Source: Schizochytrium sp. TIO01
Lineage: Eukaryota > Protista > Bigyra: Labyrinthulomycetes
DNA length: 64,000 nucleotides
Assembly: GCA_004764695.1 (NCBI GenBank)
Contig: SMSO01000035.1
Span: 1,798,001-1,862,000 of the forward strand
Reading direction: 5' to 3'
The notes beneath the pieces are model-generated. The model did not search any database. It was not told the DNA's origin and saw only the letters and a list, made by a program, of their open reading frames with translations. Every line of letters starts with the position of its first letter. The first letter of the stretch is position 1. Shown here piece after piece: positions 1 through 11,026 of the stretch. The position numbers and the translations under genes were made by a program.

Positions 1-209
1 TCGACGCCATTGAACAGCAGGAGGCTGACATCCTCGCAGAATCTCTGCCTACTGCACCATCGGATAACCTTGAGGACAAGCTTCCTACAGCACCGACCGA
101 TCCTGTGCGCCCGGACAATGTGCAGGTGGAAACAACCCAGCAGACTCAAGCTCAAGGCCAGCAGGCAGTAAAGGCTAATGCTGAGGAGCGCGAGGCAGTC
201 CTAGCTTAA
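1..209 (+). CDS. 3' end of an ESCRT-III subunit, most likely Vps20/CHMP6-like (5' truncated by window edge)
   Basis: Frame starting at nt 3 reads DAIEQQEADILAESLPTAPSDNLEDKLPTAPTDPV...EEREAVLA* (TAA 207-209). Acidic tail with two LPxAP motifs resembling the MIM2 (LPxVP) element and a short hydrophobic C-terminus typical of Vps20/CHMP6. Not in the ORF track because it has no start. Confidence 0.5.
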   Translation, partial: DAIEQQEADILAESLPTAPSDNLEDKLPTAPTDPVRPDNVQVETTQQTQAQGQQAVKANAEEREAVLA

Positions 210-634
210 ATCTGGTCATTGAATCATCCTTCTGCAAACATTACTGGGGTTTCGAGCCTACTTTCTTTACACACCCGTGGCACGTCCTGTAGATCATGTA
301 GCAGCGATTCGTTCTTTGTATATGGATTTCTTCGCAGGCCAGATTCTTAACCTTATTCAGAAATGATCTAAGACCATCAAATGCGGTTATGCAATGTTAT
401 TGCCTTAGGCGGCAATGCGAAATTTATACGAACTATTTTGGTTGCTCTTGAACAGCGCGGAAACTTTCAATAATCATTATAAAGAATCAACACAAATCGT
501 AAAGTCCTTGCGGAGACACGCAATTTTGAAAGGAGCAAATAAAAAAAAAAACACCATAGCGAGAATGTTAGTATCGCCCTTGCGACCAACAGTCACCTCA
601 CCATCAACAAATATATTTTTCTTTATAGGAGATT

Positions 635-1495
635 TTAGAATTTTAGCTGTACCCCATCTTTTGATATGTCAACAAGACCGAGACTGCGTAAGCACTGCAG
701 CACGCAAGCACCTGTGTGGCCTACCACTTTCGCCCCCATACCATCAAGCTCTTTGATGGACAATGGTTTAACGGCAGCTTGCGCGCGCCCTCCACGACGC
801 CGATTCGGTCCGCGTTGTTTACCTTGTTGTTTTTCTTTGTGAGCGACAATGATACTGAGAGTGCGTTGGACATCGGAGAGGCGCGCTCGGCCACGAATTG
901 ATTCAGGGAGTGCGGCAAACGCATCGGCATCAACTGTGTATGTAAGTTGTGCAGCATCCTCCTCTTCTTCTTCTTGGGTATCTTGCTCAGGCCCATCTTC
1001 GGCAATATTCTCTAAATCATGTTGTGCTGCAGCGCGCACAGCAACATCCAGATCTGTTCTCGATGATATTACATTTGCATTTAACTCCGCTTGTGTTGCT
1101 GGCGAAATAAAGTAACCTTTCCAGGATGCATTTGACGATTCAAAGAGCTCATTAATTTGAGCCTGAGCATTACGCGCAGCGTCAAGAGCCTCTGCAGGTT
1201 CACCAGACATTGCAAGGCCTTGAAGTGCATCCGCTACAGCATTACCTTGGTATTGATGTATGTCACTAGTCTGATCCCAAGATTGAGTATACATCTCATC
1301 GACAAGCTCTTGCTTGACCTTGGCAAGTAATTGCACACGTTCTTGCACTCTCGCGCAGCGATCTTGGAGTACTGCTAGACGGTCAAGTAAAACAACAGGA
1401 TTTTGATTTGCCTTACCATAGGCAGGCTCAAGAGCTTTTCGGAGGATTGTGCGCGCTTCCGTCAAACGATCCTGCTGTGCAGATATTGTATCCAT
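635..1495 (-). CDS. SKA2: Spindle and kinetochore-associated protein 2 (Ska2) with C-terminal winged-helix-like domain
   Basis: N-terminal NPVVLLDRLAVLQDRC...LLAKVKQELVD matches the Ska2 N-terminal coiled-coil signature (NPxxLLxxL...KQ(E/D)L(V/I)D). C-terminal FAALPESIRGRARLSDV...LSIKEL...VLQCLRSLGLV resembles the shared Ska C-terminal domain. Confidence 0.7.
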   Translation of the reverse strand: MDTISAQQDRLTEARTILRKALEPAYGKANQNPVVLLDRLAVLQDRCARVQERVQLLAKVKQELVDEMYTQSWDQTSDIHQYQGNAVADALQGLAMSGEPAEALDAARNAQAQINELFESSNASWKGYFISPATQAELNANVISSRTDLDVAVRAAAQHDLENIAEDGPEQDTQEEEEEDAAQLTYTVDADAFAALPESIRGRARLSDVQRTLSIIVAHKEKQQGKQRGPNRRRGGRAQAAVKPLSIKELDGMGAKVVGHTGACVLQCLRSLGLVDISKDGVQLKF

Positions 1496-2590
1496 GGTTC
1501 TTTCTTCAGTGGTTGTAGTTCTTTAAATTGCTAGAAGCGCCGACTTTGATCTTGAGATTTCACTTATCAATGCCAGTTTCTTGAAGGGCCCAAAGTATTA
1601 AGCCTCCAACTTGTATGGAAGTCAAGAATAGTGTGTTGAGATCACCCTGGTTCCGTAGTAGTATACTTTTCGAAGCGCCTGCCTGCGCTCTCTGTTTTGG
1701 CCAAAATGAACTTAAGTATTATGGCGGTGGTGAGCCCACAATGTGCAATGCCTGCTAGCTCTTGCCAAGTTTCTCGAATCCAAGGTTGTTAAAAAAGTGC
1801 TTGTAGAGGAGTGCAAGCAGCTGCCTTTCTTAGCAGACGTCCGTCACCACCGCCAAAACTCCCTACAAAAGTGGTTTGAGAAGCACACTCGTACGCCCGT
1901 TCGAGCGGCGGTTTTGCACAAAACAAAGACTCTTCTTCAAAACTCAAAAAAAACTATAAAACTAAAACTAAAACTACTTTCTTTTCAAGCTACTCAGGGT
2001 TTTAATCAGTTTTTCTATTCATTATTTGATTAACTTTTTCAATAGATTAATTTTAAAAAACAATTTTAAAAAAGTATTTTCACCATAACCTATGGGTCCC
2101 GAAGTTATGTTCTTGAAATTCACTGGCAACGGACCTTTTTCCAGGTGGCATGGTGGAATCCGTAATGATACAAGCAAGTTCAGACGAGCGTTCCCGTGCA
2201 CCTCAAGATGAGAACGTCTCTTCCAGCTCTATTCTGCGCATTGATAGTTGCGAACAGGATCAGACTGAGCAGATATTAGTGCGGGATTATCTCATATGTT
2301 GATGAACTTTTGACGTTGAGGTGGGGAATAGCTAGTGTTGCCAGGTGAGGCCGACCTTACCTTACAGGCAAACGTAGGTTCTTAATGCAAAAGGTTGCGT
2401 ACATAACTAGGAAGTACGCACCGGAGATACTAGACTTCGTGTAAGGAAGTACGAAACCTGCAGTGACTTTATAGTCAAGCGATTAACTTGATAAGCGAGA
2501 GTCGAGGCATCTTTGGCGGCTCTAAAATCGTCTTGCATGTAGCAGACTGAGAGCACTATAAACTGCCATACGTAGTCACGTCTCAGCGCG

Positions 2591-5557
2591 ATGGCAAGTA
2601 TTCCTCAGAGACGTGTGCTTGCGTATTCTGTGGCTTACTTACGGATCTCTAATGGCACCAATGAGTTGCGTGAGCGTGAATTTTCAAGGTATCTCTGCCT
2701 TATTGGATATTGCCAAGATGCGCGCGAAGCGTTGCTCAGTGCACGAAACTTGATTCAAAAGTATGACTTTTCATGCAGTGGACAGCTTTGCTTTGATGAT
2801 TTTCTTTTAGCAATGGAGAACATAGAACTTCAAATGGAAGAACTCAGAGACTATTTGGAGCAGAGTTTGCGATATTTTTGTCGGAGGAAACTCGAACAAA
2901 GTTCGGAGTCTCCATTCAACATCAAGGATGTCATCACTATATTGTCAGCATTACCAACAGAACTTGCGATCTATGTGCTAGATGATATTGATGCTGATGT
3001 TGCTGATCTGTTTTCACTAGAGCGTAGGCTACCCCACCAAGCAAGTGAAGCAGCAGCCTATTTTGCTTCCTTGCAGCCCCCAGGAAACAACAACGGAATG
3101 ATGATGATGATGAACAATAAAAATAATGACGGGTCTGTACGTATGTCAAAGGTTAACCAGGGAAATGCAACTGGTGGGGCTGGAGCGCTTGCCTCAATTT
3201 TATCCCCTTTTCGTTTGTTTGGTGGGAGGGGTGACGCTGAAGGACCTAGCAATCCTATAGAGATGACAAACAAAGCGATAGCTCAGCAGCCGCAACCAGC
3301 GAGCTTTAGTGCTCTTTCCACTCCATCACAGGGACAGATTTCAGTGGGTGCACTGCCAACACTACCCATTGGTGGTCCCGCACTGTTTCCAGGTGGTGCA
3401 AACATGTCCATGATGATGAAATCTATGCCAGCACCGATGATGCGGCCCGAGTTATTTGCTCTCCCAGAAAGTAGTTTAGTGGAGCTGATCATTAAGCGCT
3501 CTTTTCCGAAGCGGACGGAATTAATTTTATATGAGCAATACCAAGGTCATCGATCGCTTGAGCTTTCATTATTGTCAATGTCTGTGAGAAATCTTGAACG
3601 GTTTCAGCATCCAAAAATTCATCTGCAGCAAGGTGTTTTGGATTACGCAGGCATCGATCCTATGTTTGTTATATCATGTGATGGAGTAATGGCAACGTCA
3701 AAACCTCTTCGTAACTACCATCTCCGTCAAGCTTCAGAGGATATTTTAGTACTAGAAATCGATCTTCCAGGGAGTCGGTCAGACGATATCATTGAGTGGG
3801 CTGACAAAATTGAATTAATGGTTAGTGTGTTTGACTATAACGATGGGGGTGTCTCACCATGGGCCGAGTGGATTGGCTCAGGGCGTCGACGACTCTCGTG
3901 GTTCTTAGATAATGCCGTTGATGGATCACCAGTTGCATGTCATATAAACCTAGAATGTTCGGAAATGGTTCCTTGCAAAGCAGATCGACCCGTCGTAGAG
4001 TTTTCTATTTCAATTCCAGAGTCTCTTGTTAAGCTCTGGCATGCTTATCGTGAGAGAAATGTCCATCCTAACGCCCGGGTTTTAAATGAGTGTATTCGTT
4101 TAGGACTCCAAACTTGTCCGTATGTGGAGCGTTATGTCCCTGAAGGTGAAGTTGCACGTGTCATTAATTTTGATTTTTATGCATATTGGAAACGTAAGCG
4201 CACTCAATTAAAGTCTCGGTTTCCGCGAAGGCACGTGCAAACTCTTGCACAAGATGAATATGGTCGCGTTACATTTTTGCCCTGCTTTCTGCAACCTTTA
4301 CAGGGTGCAGGGATGGAAGGTAGGGAAGAAGCAGCAAATTGTGTAGCGGTGTTGAACTCGGGTCTCATACCATGTTGTGATGTAACACAAAGTTCTTTTC
4401 AGCTAGAGATGATTCAACCTCTAGGTGTGGGACTTCTTTGTCAGAAGTTGAGTTCTATGGAGGCGGCTATTCTCCTCTGCAGCTTGTTCCTTGGACTCGG
4501 CAGCTCTAGCTACATAGTATTAAGTGAGAAAGAGCAGCCATGGGTCATCACTATTGATGAAAATCGAACTTTTGCACCTCAAGGTGACGTGATTTCGCGG
4601 AATTCCTCCAGGGTTTCCTTGTACTCTGCAGGGAGTAGTGCCCCCCTTGACAATGGTTCTCGAGGAGTCTCAAGATCGGAAAGTAAACAATCTTTTCAGT
4701 TCAGCAAGAAAAATTCTACACCACCTGCGACAAGTCCAAAATCAAAACGAGGTGCTAAACCTGTTTATCGCCGGGAGCGCGAGAAAAATACTGTGGATCT
4801 TGATAGAGAAACTTGCACTGTCACCTTTTGGAATCCTTCAACAGGCTGTAGCTATGATGAATCAAGTTCAGAAGTTCCCCAATCGGTTTATGGCATCTTC
4901 AATCACGAGAATGTCTGGTTTAATGTGCAGCGGTCCGAAAAAATCAAGCGTTGCACTTGGAATTCCATCCATAGAAATCCCCGACGCTGGGAACCTTTCC
5001 TGAGTGACGACGTTGTCTATATGCTTGGTCGGCTGCAGAGAACTTATGATGTACCAGACTTTTCCCTTGCTACTCCGCCAAGCCAACGAAGTTCAAGGCT
5101 GGAGACAAAGATTTTTCTTTCAGATATTGTTGACGCCATTTCTATTTATCGTCAACATGAGTTATTTCTTCCTGACACTTTGTTTGACAGTAAGATATCG
5201 AAGGCGTTGCAACAAGACTTACATTCTGCATTTCAAAATTTTGATGCGCAGACTACTTTGCAAGATCAGGAAGATAGCATCATGAGTTCCCTGGCGTATG
5301 AGAATGGAATGCCGCGTGCCATCTCAAATAACCTTCCACCTGGTATGATGTTTCGTGGACGAATGTTTATGTTCAAAGGTGGGTCCGTTCAAGAGGTAAT
5401 GATCAAGCTTCAAGAGGTAGGCATACTTAATCATACCTTTCCCGGTCTTCGATACATTGTTTCTGCCATGGTCAAGCCAATGCCATGGGGGCTGTCTTTA
5501 ATATACCTCTACATTGGTGTGGTGCACGAAATATCAATGGACTTGCCAGTTAATTAA
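2591..5557 (+). CDS. CEP76/CC2D2A-family protein: EF-hand-like N-terminus, C2 domain, inactive transglutaminase-like domain
   Basis: 988-aa ORF. C2-like DPMFVISC...VSVFDYND...EWIGSG. Family motifs RFPRRHVQTLAQDEYGRVTFLPCFLQPL, AILLCSLFLGLG, WVITI, TFWNPSTG, IFNHENVWFNVQR, WEPF. EF-loop-like YDFSCSGQLCFDDF. Confidence 0.75.
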   Translation: MASIPQRRVLAYSVAYLRISNGTNELREREFSRYLCLIGYCQDAREALLSARNLIQKYDFSCSGQLCFDDFLLAMENIELQMEELRDYLEQSLRYFCRRKLEQSSESPFNIKDVITILSALPTELAIYVLDDIDADVADLFSLERRLPHQASEAAAYFASLQPPGNNNGMMMMMNNKNNDGSVRMSKVNQGNATGGAGALASILSPFRLFGGRGDAEGPSNPIEMTNKAIAQQPQPASFSALSTPSQGQISVGALPTLPIGGPALFPGGANMSMMMKSMPAPMMRPELFALPESSLVELIIKRSFPKRTELILYEQYQGHRSLELSLLSMSVRNLERFQHPKIHLQQGVLDYAGIDPMFVISCDGVMATSKPLRNYHLRQASEDILVLEIDLPGSRSDDIIEWADKIELMVSVFDYNDGGVSPWAEWIGSGRRRLSWFLDNAVDGSPVACHINLECSEMVPCKADRPVVEFSISIPESLVKLWHAYRERNVHPNARVLNECIRLGLQTCPYVERYVPEGEVARVINFDFYAYWKRKRTQLKSRFPRRHVQTLAQDEYGRVTFLPCFLQPLQGAGMEGREEAANCVAVLNSGLIPCCDVTQSSFQLEMIQPLGVGLLCQKLSSMEAAILLCSLFLGLGSSSYIVLSEKEQPWVITIDENRTFAPQGDVISRNSSRVSLYSAGSSAPLDNGSRGVSRSESKQSFQFSKKNSTPPATSPKSKRGAKPVYRREREKNTVDLDRETCTVTFWNPSTGCSYDESSSEVPQSVYGIFNHENVWFNVQRSEKIKRCTWNSIHRNPRRWEPFLSDDVVYMLGRLQRTYDVPDFSLATPPSQRSSRLETKIFLSDIVDAISIYRQHELFLPDTLFDSKISKALQQDLHSAFQNFDAQTTLQDQEDSIMSSLAYENGMPRAISNNLPPGMMFRGRMFMFKGGSVQEVMIKLQEVGILNHTFPGLRYIVSAMVKPMPWGLSLIYLYIGVVHEISMDLPVN

Positions 5558-6045
5558 AAAATCAGGATTTTCATCATAAGTGTACAAACCATCTGAAAGT
5601 TCTTCCAATCCTAGAAATATGTAATCGTTATAGTTATTTTCTTAAGAGTACCTTTTCAAAATGATTAATTAGTTAAGGTAGACAACAATAACCTATTTTG
5701 AGAAAGAAAAAAATTGATTGAAAGTCAGATTCAGGTATAACATCTGTGGCCGTAAGGCTCCATTGTAGTGCAGTATTATCCAAGTAATAGCTCGCAGTAT
5801 CAGGATGCTTTTTGCAGATCATTAGAAAATAAAGCTTTTAAAAATTGGTTTCCGTTGACACTATTCATTCGACATAATACTACATATGCATTGTTTGTTA
5901 TGAGTGATCCGGGAAGAATTTATTGTCCAGGATAAGACCAGCTACCTAAGAGCTCTGTTCAATGCATTGTCAAACATACAACTATAGCACATAAGTTTCT
6001 CAAGAAATATTTAATGCTTGACTGGGAGGATATACAGGCAGAATA

Positions 6046-7278
6046 TCATGTCTCTTGAGCAACAATCCATCCATGAGGAATGTCATGAGACTTTGCGAGA
6101 CTATGGATTTCCTTAAGCACCCGTTTTTCCTTTTCAACATGACCACTAGATGATTCCCAGGCGATCTTGAGCTTTTCAAGTTTAGATTTGTGAAGAAGAA
6201 TCACACGTAAAATAGAAAGTAAAGCATCGTCCCGTACCGATTCTGAGACGTTTAGCCCAATCGCATTGATCAAATCCTTTTGCGAAGCATTTCCGCATGA
6301 AAGAACCTTTTTCAGATCTACAGAATTGCCTTGCAAGCTTTTCGGTGATTTTACACAAGTTCGTGCAGCTTCAGCAAGCTTCTGATCGCCAAGGACATCC
6401 GAGACCTTGGCAAAGAAAAGATCGCCAGTTTGACGTACGGGTGGTCCAAGGACCACCAAGTTATTTACTCGCACAGGTTCTCCATTGACTGTCTGTGCAC
6501 CATTAATGTGGTACGCCCAGTGCTCGCTAAGAAGATTATCAATATTATCTCTATTCGCACGAGTACCAAGCTTAGTCATGAGCGCCGTATTCACCCGACG
6601 AAGAGTTGTTTCATAGGAATGAGAGAGGTCTTCCCAAGCACGTTTCTGTTCCTTGACGCCTTCGTCAAGGTCGCGCAAAACACCCATTCGCATGTGAGAC
6701 AGAGCCATTCTCGATTGCTCCAGTCCCTGCTGGAGAACCTCGCGATCAAGCGCTGTTTCGGCCTCAAGCGCGTTGAACACACCTTCAACGGTAGCCCTAG
6801 CCTGAGCTGCTCTGGGCTCCATAGAAGTTTTGAGAGCCTGTACAAATGCATCAGCGCACTCTGCTGCTCCATTATGCAAAGCTCGTTTGTGAAGATCTTC
6901 ATTCATTTGCATGAGCTCTGTAAGATCCGAAGGTGTCATTGCGCGAGATGCAGAATTCGATTGTGTAAATCTCGAGCTACTGGACTCAAAATCTGGCGAG
7001 TTTGGTGCAGAAGATCCAGCGAAAACCCAATAAACACCGTGCACGACCATCACTGCCGCCACGATCATTAGCGCAAGGATGAATCCAAAAGCCGCGGCAT
7101 CCTCTTCCGCAAGTTCGCGGCGCTTTTTGGCTTTCGCTGACGGACCCTGAGCTTTATTGTCACCTTTGGACCTTTCGATGGTGTTGAAATGTTGGTACGC
7201 CGCTCGGGGAGCCAAAGTAAGAGCTACGCGGCACAGAGCTCGGGCCAGGGACACAAAGAGGCCTATGGCAGTCGTCAT
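6046..7278 (-). CDS. Hypothetical membrane-anchored protein with coiled-coil region
   Basis: ~410-aa ORF from first ATG at 7278 (track start is a TTG). Hydrophobic N-terminus plus TM segment FGFILALMIVAAVMVVHGVYWVF, then a helical region. No family recognised. Confidence 0.7.
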   Translation of the reverse strand: MTTAIGLFVSLARALCRVALTLAPRAAYQHFNTIERSKGDNKAQGPSAKAKKRRELAEEDAAAFGFILALMIVAAVMVVHGVYWVFAGSSAPNSPDFESSSSRFTQSNSASRAMTPSDLTELMQMNEDLHKRALHNGAAECADAFVQALKTSMEPRAAQARATVEGVFNALEAETALDREVLQQGLEQSRMALSHMRMGVLRDLDEGVKEQKRAWEDLSHSYETTLRRVNTALMTKLGTRANRDNIDNLLSEHWAYHINGAQTVNGEPVRVNNLVVLGPPVRQTGDLFFAKVSDVLGDQKLAEAARTCVKSPKSLQGNSVDLKKVLSCGNASQKDLINAIGLNVSESVRDDALLSILRVILLHKSKLEKLKIAWESSSGHVEKEKRVLKEIHSLAKSHDIPHGWIVAQET

Positions 7279-7579
7279 GCTGGCACCTGCACAAAGCAAG
7301 AAGCGGCCGCAGCTATCTTTATAGACTGCGTTTTGAGAGTTTACTTATAAGTAAATTAATTGAGTGTTCCTTACTATTCAATTCAACCATTTAATTCCCT
7401 TTTTTCCTACTTTTTTCTACGCATAAATGATTTTCATCGTCAGAATTGACAACACATTTTTCGACAGTAATACAACACAGACAAACTTCAAGACAACCAG
7501 TACGCGACGGGCCGAAGCTGTGGCAGAGGGTTTCCCTACTTGCTAGCCTTGTCCTTGCTCTTGCAATACTAGTATCTAT

Positions 7580-8400
7580 TACTTTATTCTGTGCCCTGGG
7601 GGGTTCTTAATCCAGATCGCTAGAACCCCAACTTTTATTATTCTCTTGTGTAGACAATATTCAGGAGCAGGAGCTTGATCCTTGCTGACGGGAAATCCAG
7701 AGGCAAGCACATGAGAGCCTATGAAGACCCTCGCGACTGTCGCTTTGGGCATGTTGTTGAAGATATTCTTTCGTAACGTGTCGCTTGGCTCTTTGCCGTC
7801 GTCTTCGTCTTCATGGCAGGTAGTTTGTGAATTGCGTTTCCAGTCTGAGGATTTCGCGGTTCCTGCCGCCCCTTTTGCTGGTGCGTGGCGTTGACCACAA
7901 GCCGGTTGTACTAGTTACCCCTCGTTGCCTGAGTGCCTGGTTTTGCACATGCAGCTGAAGTTCAACTTCCTAGGGCCCTGGGAAGCGCGGAGTTCGAGGT
8001 CGAGATGAGCGAGTTGATTGTGATGGGATGGTCTGACATCCAAATGCAACCATCCGAGACTTGCTTCGATGGGCAGCGTCCACAACTTCTGGTTATTATA
8101 AACATGAAGGGTTGCAGCAACCTCCCAGCTTTCTTATTCACACAGAACTTGCAAGGTTGGGCATCAAGCTCAACTTTGCTATGATGGACCTAAGCAAATG
8201 ATCATCGCCAGCTGCTGTCAGTTCTCGACTGTGATTTTTGTAGCTCTGCAGACCACTTTCATACCGCGCTCAGAACATGGAATGAAAGATCTATACCGAA
8301 AAAAACTGCGCTTCTTAGATTGCAATCCTTCGGGTGCCTCGTTATCGGCAAGTGATGGCCATGATGATGGGCTGGCAAAACTGCCAGAGAAGAGCCCGCT
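7580..8400 (-). pseudogene. Possible decayed coding relic, family unknown
   Basis: One minus-strand frame has long protein-like stop-free stretches (about 110 codons from ~7915 to ~7580, e.g. HEDEDDGKEPSDTLRKNIFNNMPKATVARVFIG) broken by a few stops. No credible start or family motif. Confidence 0.25.
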
Positions 8401-8550
8401 TTAGACAAACAAAGTCAGCGAGGCTTTTAGTGCTCTGGAGAATATCTTTGCTGGCCCTGGTAGGACCCACATAACCGCCGCTAGCACTTTTGGTGCCCTC
8501 TTAAAATGTGTCCCTTCGTAAAAAAGAAAGAAAGAAAAGAGAACAAAAGC

Positions 8551-8633
8551 AATGCAATGCAATGCAATGCAATGCAATGCAATGCAATGCAATGCAAAGC
8601 AAAGCAAGCAAAGCAAAGCAAAGCAAAGCAAAG
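8551..8633 (+). repeat. Compound pentanucleotide microsatellite (AATGC)9 followed by (AAAGC)~7
   Basis: Read directly from sequence. Explains the spurious NAMQC/IALHC ORFs. Confidence 0.97.
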
Positions 8634-9167
8634 ATCGCGTCATTTCTTTTTACTGCGCTTTCCTTTCGCTTTAGGAATGGAATTGAAAGCATCAAGTCTG
8701 CAGAACAGGGAGGACTGGCCGATTGGCCGCTTCGGCTCAGCGTGGCGCTGCAGCACCATGGCCGATGGCACGGTCAGTGAAATAAGAAAGGTGTAGGACT
8801 GCCCTTCAACCACAGAACAACGTTCATGATCTTGTAGAGAAGAGTGTTGTAATTCTCCTTTCATTCACTTGTCTACGATCTATAATTGTAGAATGCAACA
8901 GGAGTTTGTTCGTGCAGTGCAACGAGTCATCCGAGCTCCGGATATGATAGGGCATGTTCGCTCATGCATGTCACAGGAAGCTCGACTTGGAATGCAGACT
9001 TTGATGCAATCGATGCAGAGGAGGCATCGAGGCAGAACTTCTTTCTAGGCGGTCGAAGTCAGATTGGCGATTGCCTTTCATTCAATTCTTTTCACCAACG
9101 TCGTCGCTCCACGATCCCATGCCTGAACAGGTTTTAGCACAGAGTCATTCTTGGCTTCGAAGTTTCT

Positions 9168-9335
9168 CAGAAGTTGTAAGCGTCGTTTACGAGCTAGAGA
9201 GCAATGGATCGATAAACTTTGGTATCTAAGGAATGGAAAGCACAGCTGCACAGAAGTTGTAATTAATTGTTGTTATGAGCTAGAATGCAATGGATCCAAT
9301 GGCTTTGGTATCTAAGGAATGGAAAGAACAGTTGC
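9168..9335 (+). repeat. Diverged tandem duplication, two ~83-85-bp units
   Basis: cagaagttgtaa...gagctaga..gcaatggatc...ctttggtatctaaggaatggaaag.acag.tgc occurs at 9168 and again at 9251. Confidence 0.9.
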
Positions 9336-11026
9336 GATATCATGCATCGCCGTGATCCTCTTAATATAGCGCGATCTTTTCTTTCTTTCATTCTTTCATT
9401 CATTTCTCTTTCCCGCTATTCTTTCTCATTTGGTTTTTGTTTTCTTCCTGCCTGGGCCACTCAGATGATGCTCTTCGCAAGGAACGATGCAGCCCTGAAC
9501 GCCCAGGCGCCGGCCAGCTGAAGATACGCTGCTGCCAATGAGCCATTTACCTTTGGCGAGTGCATCGGCCTCGAAACGATCGCATGCGGTGGTCGCTGCT
9601 GTCGTTTGCTCTGCTTTGTCGATGCATTGTAAACGAATGCCGCGGTTTTCTACAATAAATTAATAAATAAGTTAATAATTGATAATTAATAATTAATTAA
9701 TTAATGCTTTCCTTTTTGTTTTACATTCTATAGTACTAAGAAGTAAGTAAGTCTCAGCAAATAAAAGCTGTTTATTGAAGTTAAACATAATTATAAATAA
9801 ATATAAATAATAAAATAATAAAATAATAAAAAATAAGATCAATCACCTTTTTTGTGGTGTCCTAATTCCTATCGCTGCGCAGAACTTTGCGATCTCAACA
9901 ACACCGAACGAAGGAAGCTCCAAAGCAGCGGCCGCGGCGTTGGCCTTGGCCTTTTGAGGAGTTTGCGGTGACACCGCAGAGGCCGGCGGCTCCCGGGGTC
10001 TCGCTTTGCTAAGTTTGCGCCGGCGAAGAGAGCCTCGCGGAGTGCTGCATCAGCGAGATGGCGCCAAATCCGCGAGAGTGCGAAAGAAGAAATGAGCCGT
10101 CAAGGGACTCACAAATATATATATATGTACGTATCATTTATTGTGAGCGATCCCAATGAGATTGGTCGGACGATGGAGCCGAGACGTTCCGTCTGCTAGA
10201 GGGTGGGTGCGAGAGGCCGTGCATGCCGTGCCGAACGTGAGGCGCTGCGCGGCTGAGAGAGGACGACGCTCTTGCGAGTCCCATTTGATCAGTCAGACCC
10301 GTACTTATGGAGCTCGTTTTGCATCCCTGAAGAATATAACAAAACCAAGAATGATTTAATTAATTACTGAGTTATCTTTTAACTTTAAAAGAAAAAAGAA
10401 GAAAAGAAGCTTCAGAGACCTGGAAAGACTATGAAGAACAGGTAAAAACATCAAACATATGCACTGCTAACGATCGAAACGCGCCAAGAGAGCCAAACGT
10501 AGCCCCATCGTTGCAGTCCCTGAGTTTTTAAAAAACATGATAGCAAAGTTGGACAACCAAGTGGAAAACTAGGCACAATGCACAATACAAATGAGCACAG
10601 GGCTCATTGATGAAGAGACACAAAGCAGCGATGCTTTCATTCAATGAAAAAATAACTTTTATTTTTACTTTAATTTTTTATTTTTTTTCTTCTTCTTCAA
10701 TTTTTAGGCATGGACGTCCGCAGCAAATCCGAGACTTCGTCCTCTTCTTCGTCCTTGCCCAGCGCCTTAGCACCTGCGTGCGAGTGTTGAGGCGAATCAA
10801 GGTGTAGGAGGTCAGCGCAGAGCGTTTCTCGAAGACGAAGGCAGGAGCTAGCTCAATAAAATCAGTTTAGACCTGGTCTGGAGATCAATAGAGATCTCTC
10901 ACCATCATCAACATCAGGACCGCGTTTGCAAAGCCGCTGCACTTCGCTATCATCTTAGCAGCTTAGCTGGGCACAGTCTGATACCCTGGCTACAAGCAAG
11001 TACTCTAACCAGAATCTATACCCCTA

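Noticed and set aside
415-756. 113-aa plus-strand ORF
   Set aside because: Spans the AT-rich 3' UTR region and overlaps SKA2 antisense; no protein-like features.
6430-7071. 213-aa plus-strand ORF
   Set aside because: Antisense shadow of the 6046-7278 gene.
8401-8864. Cluster of ORFs with NAMQC / IALHC repeats
   Set aside because: Translations of the (AATGC)n/(AAAGC)n microsatellite.
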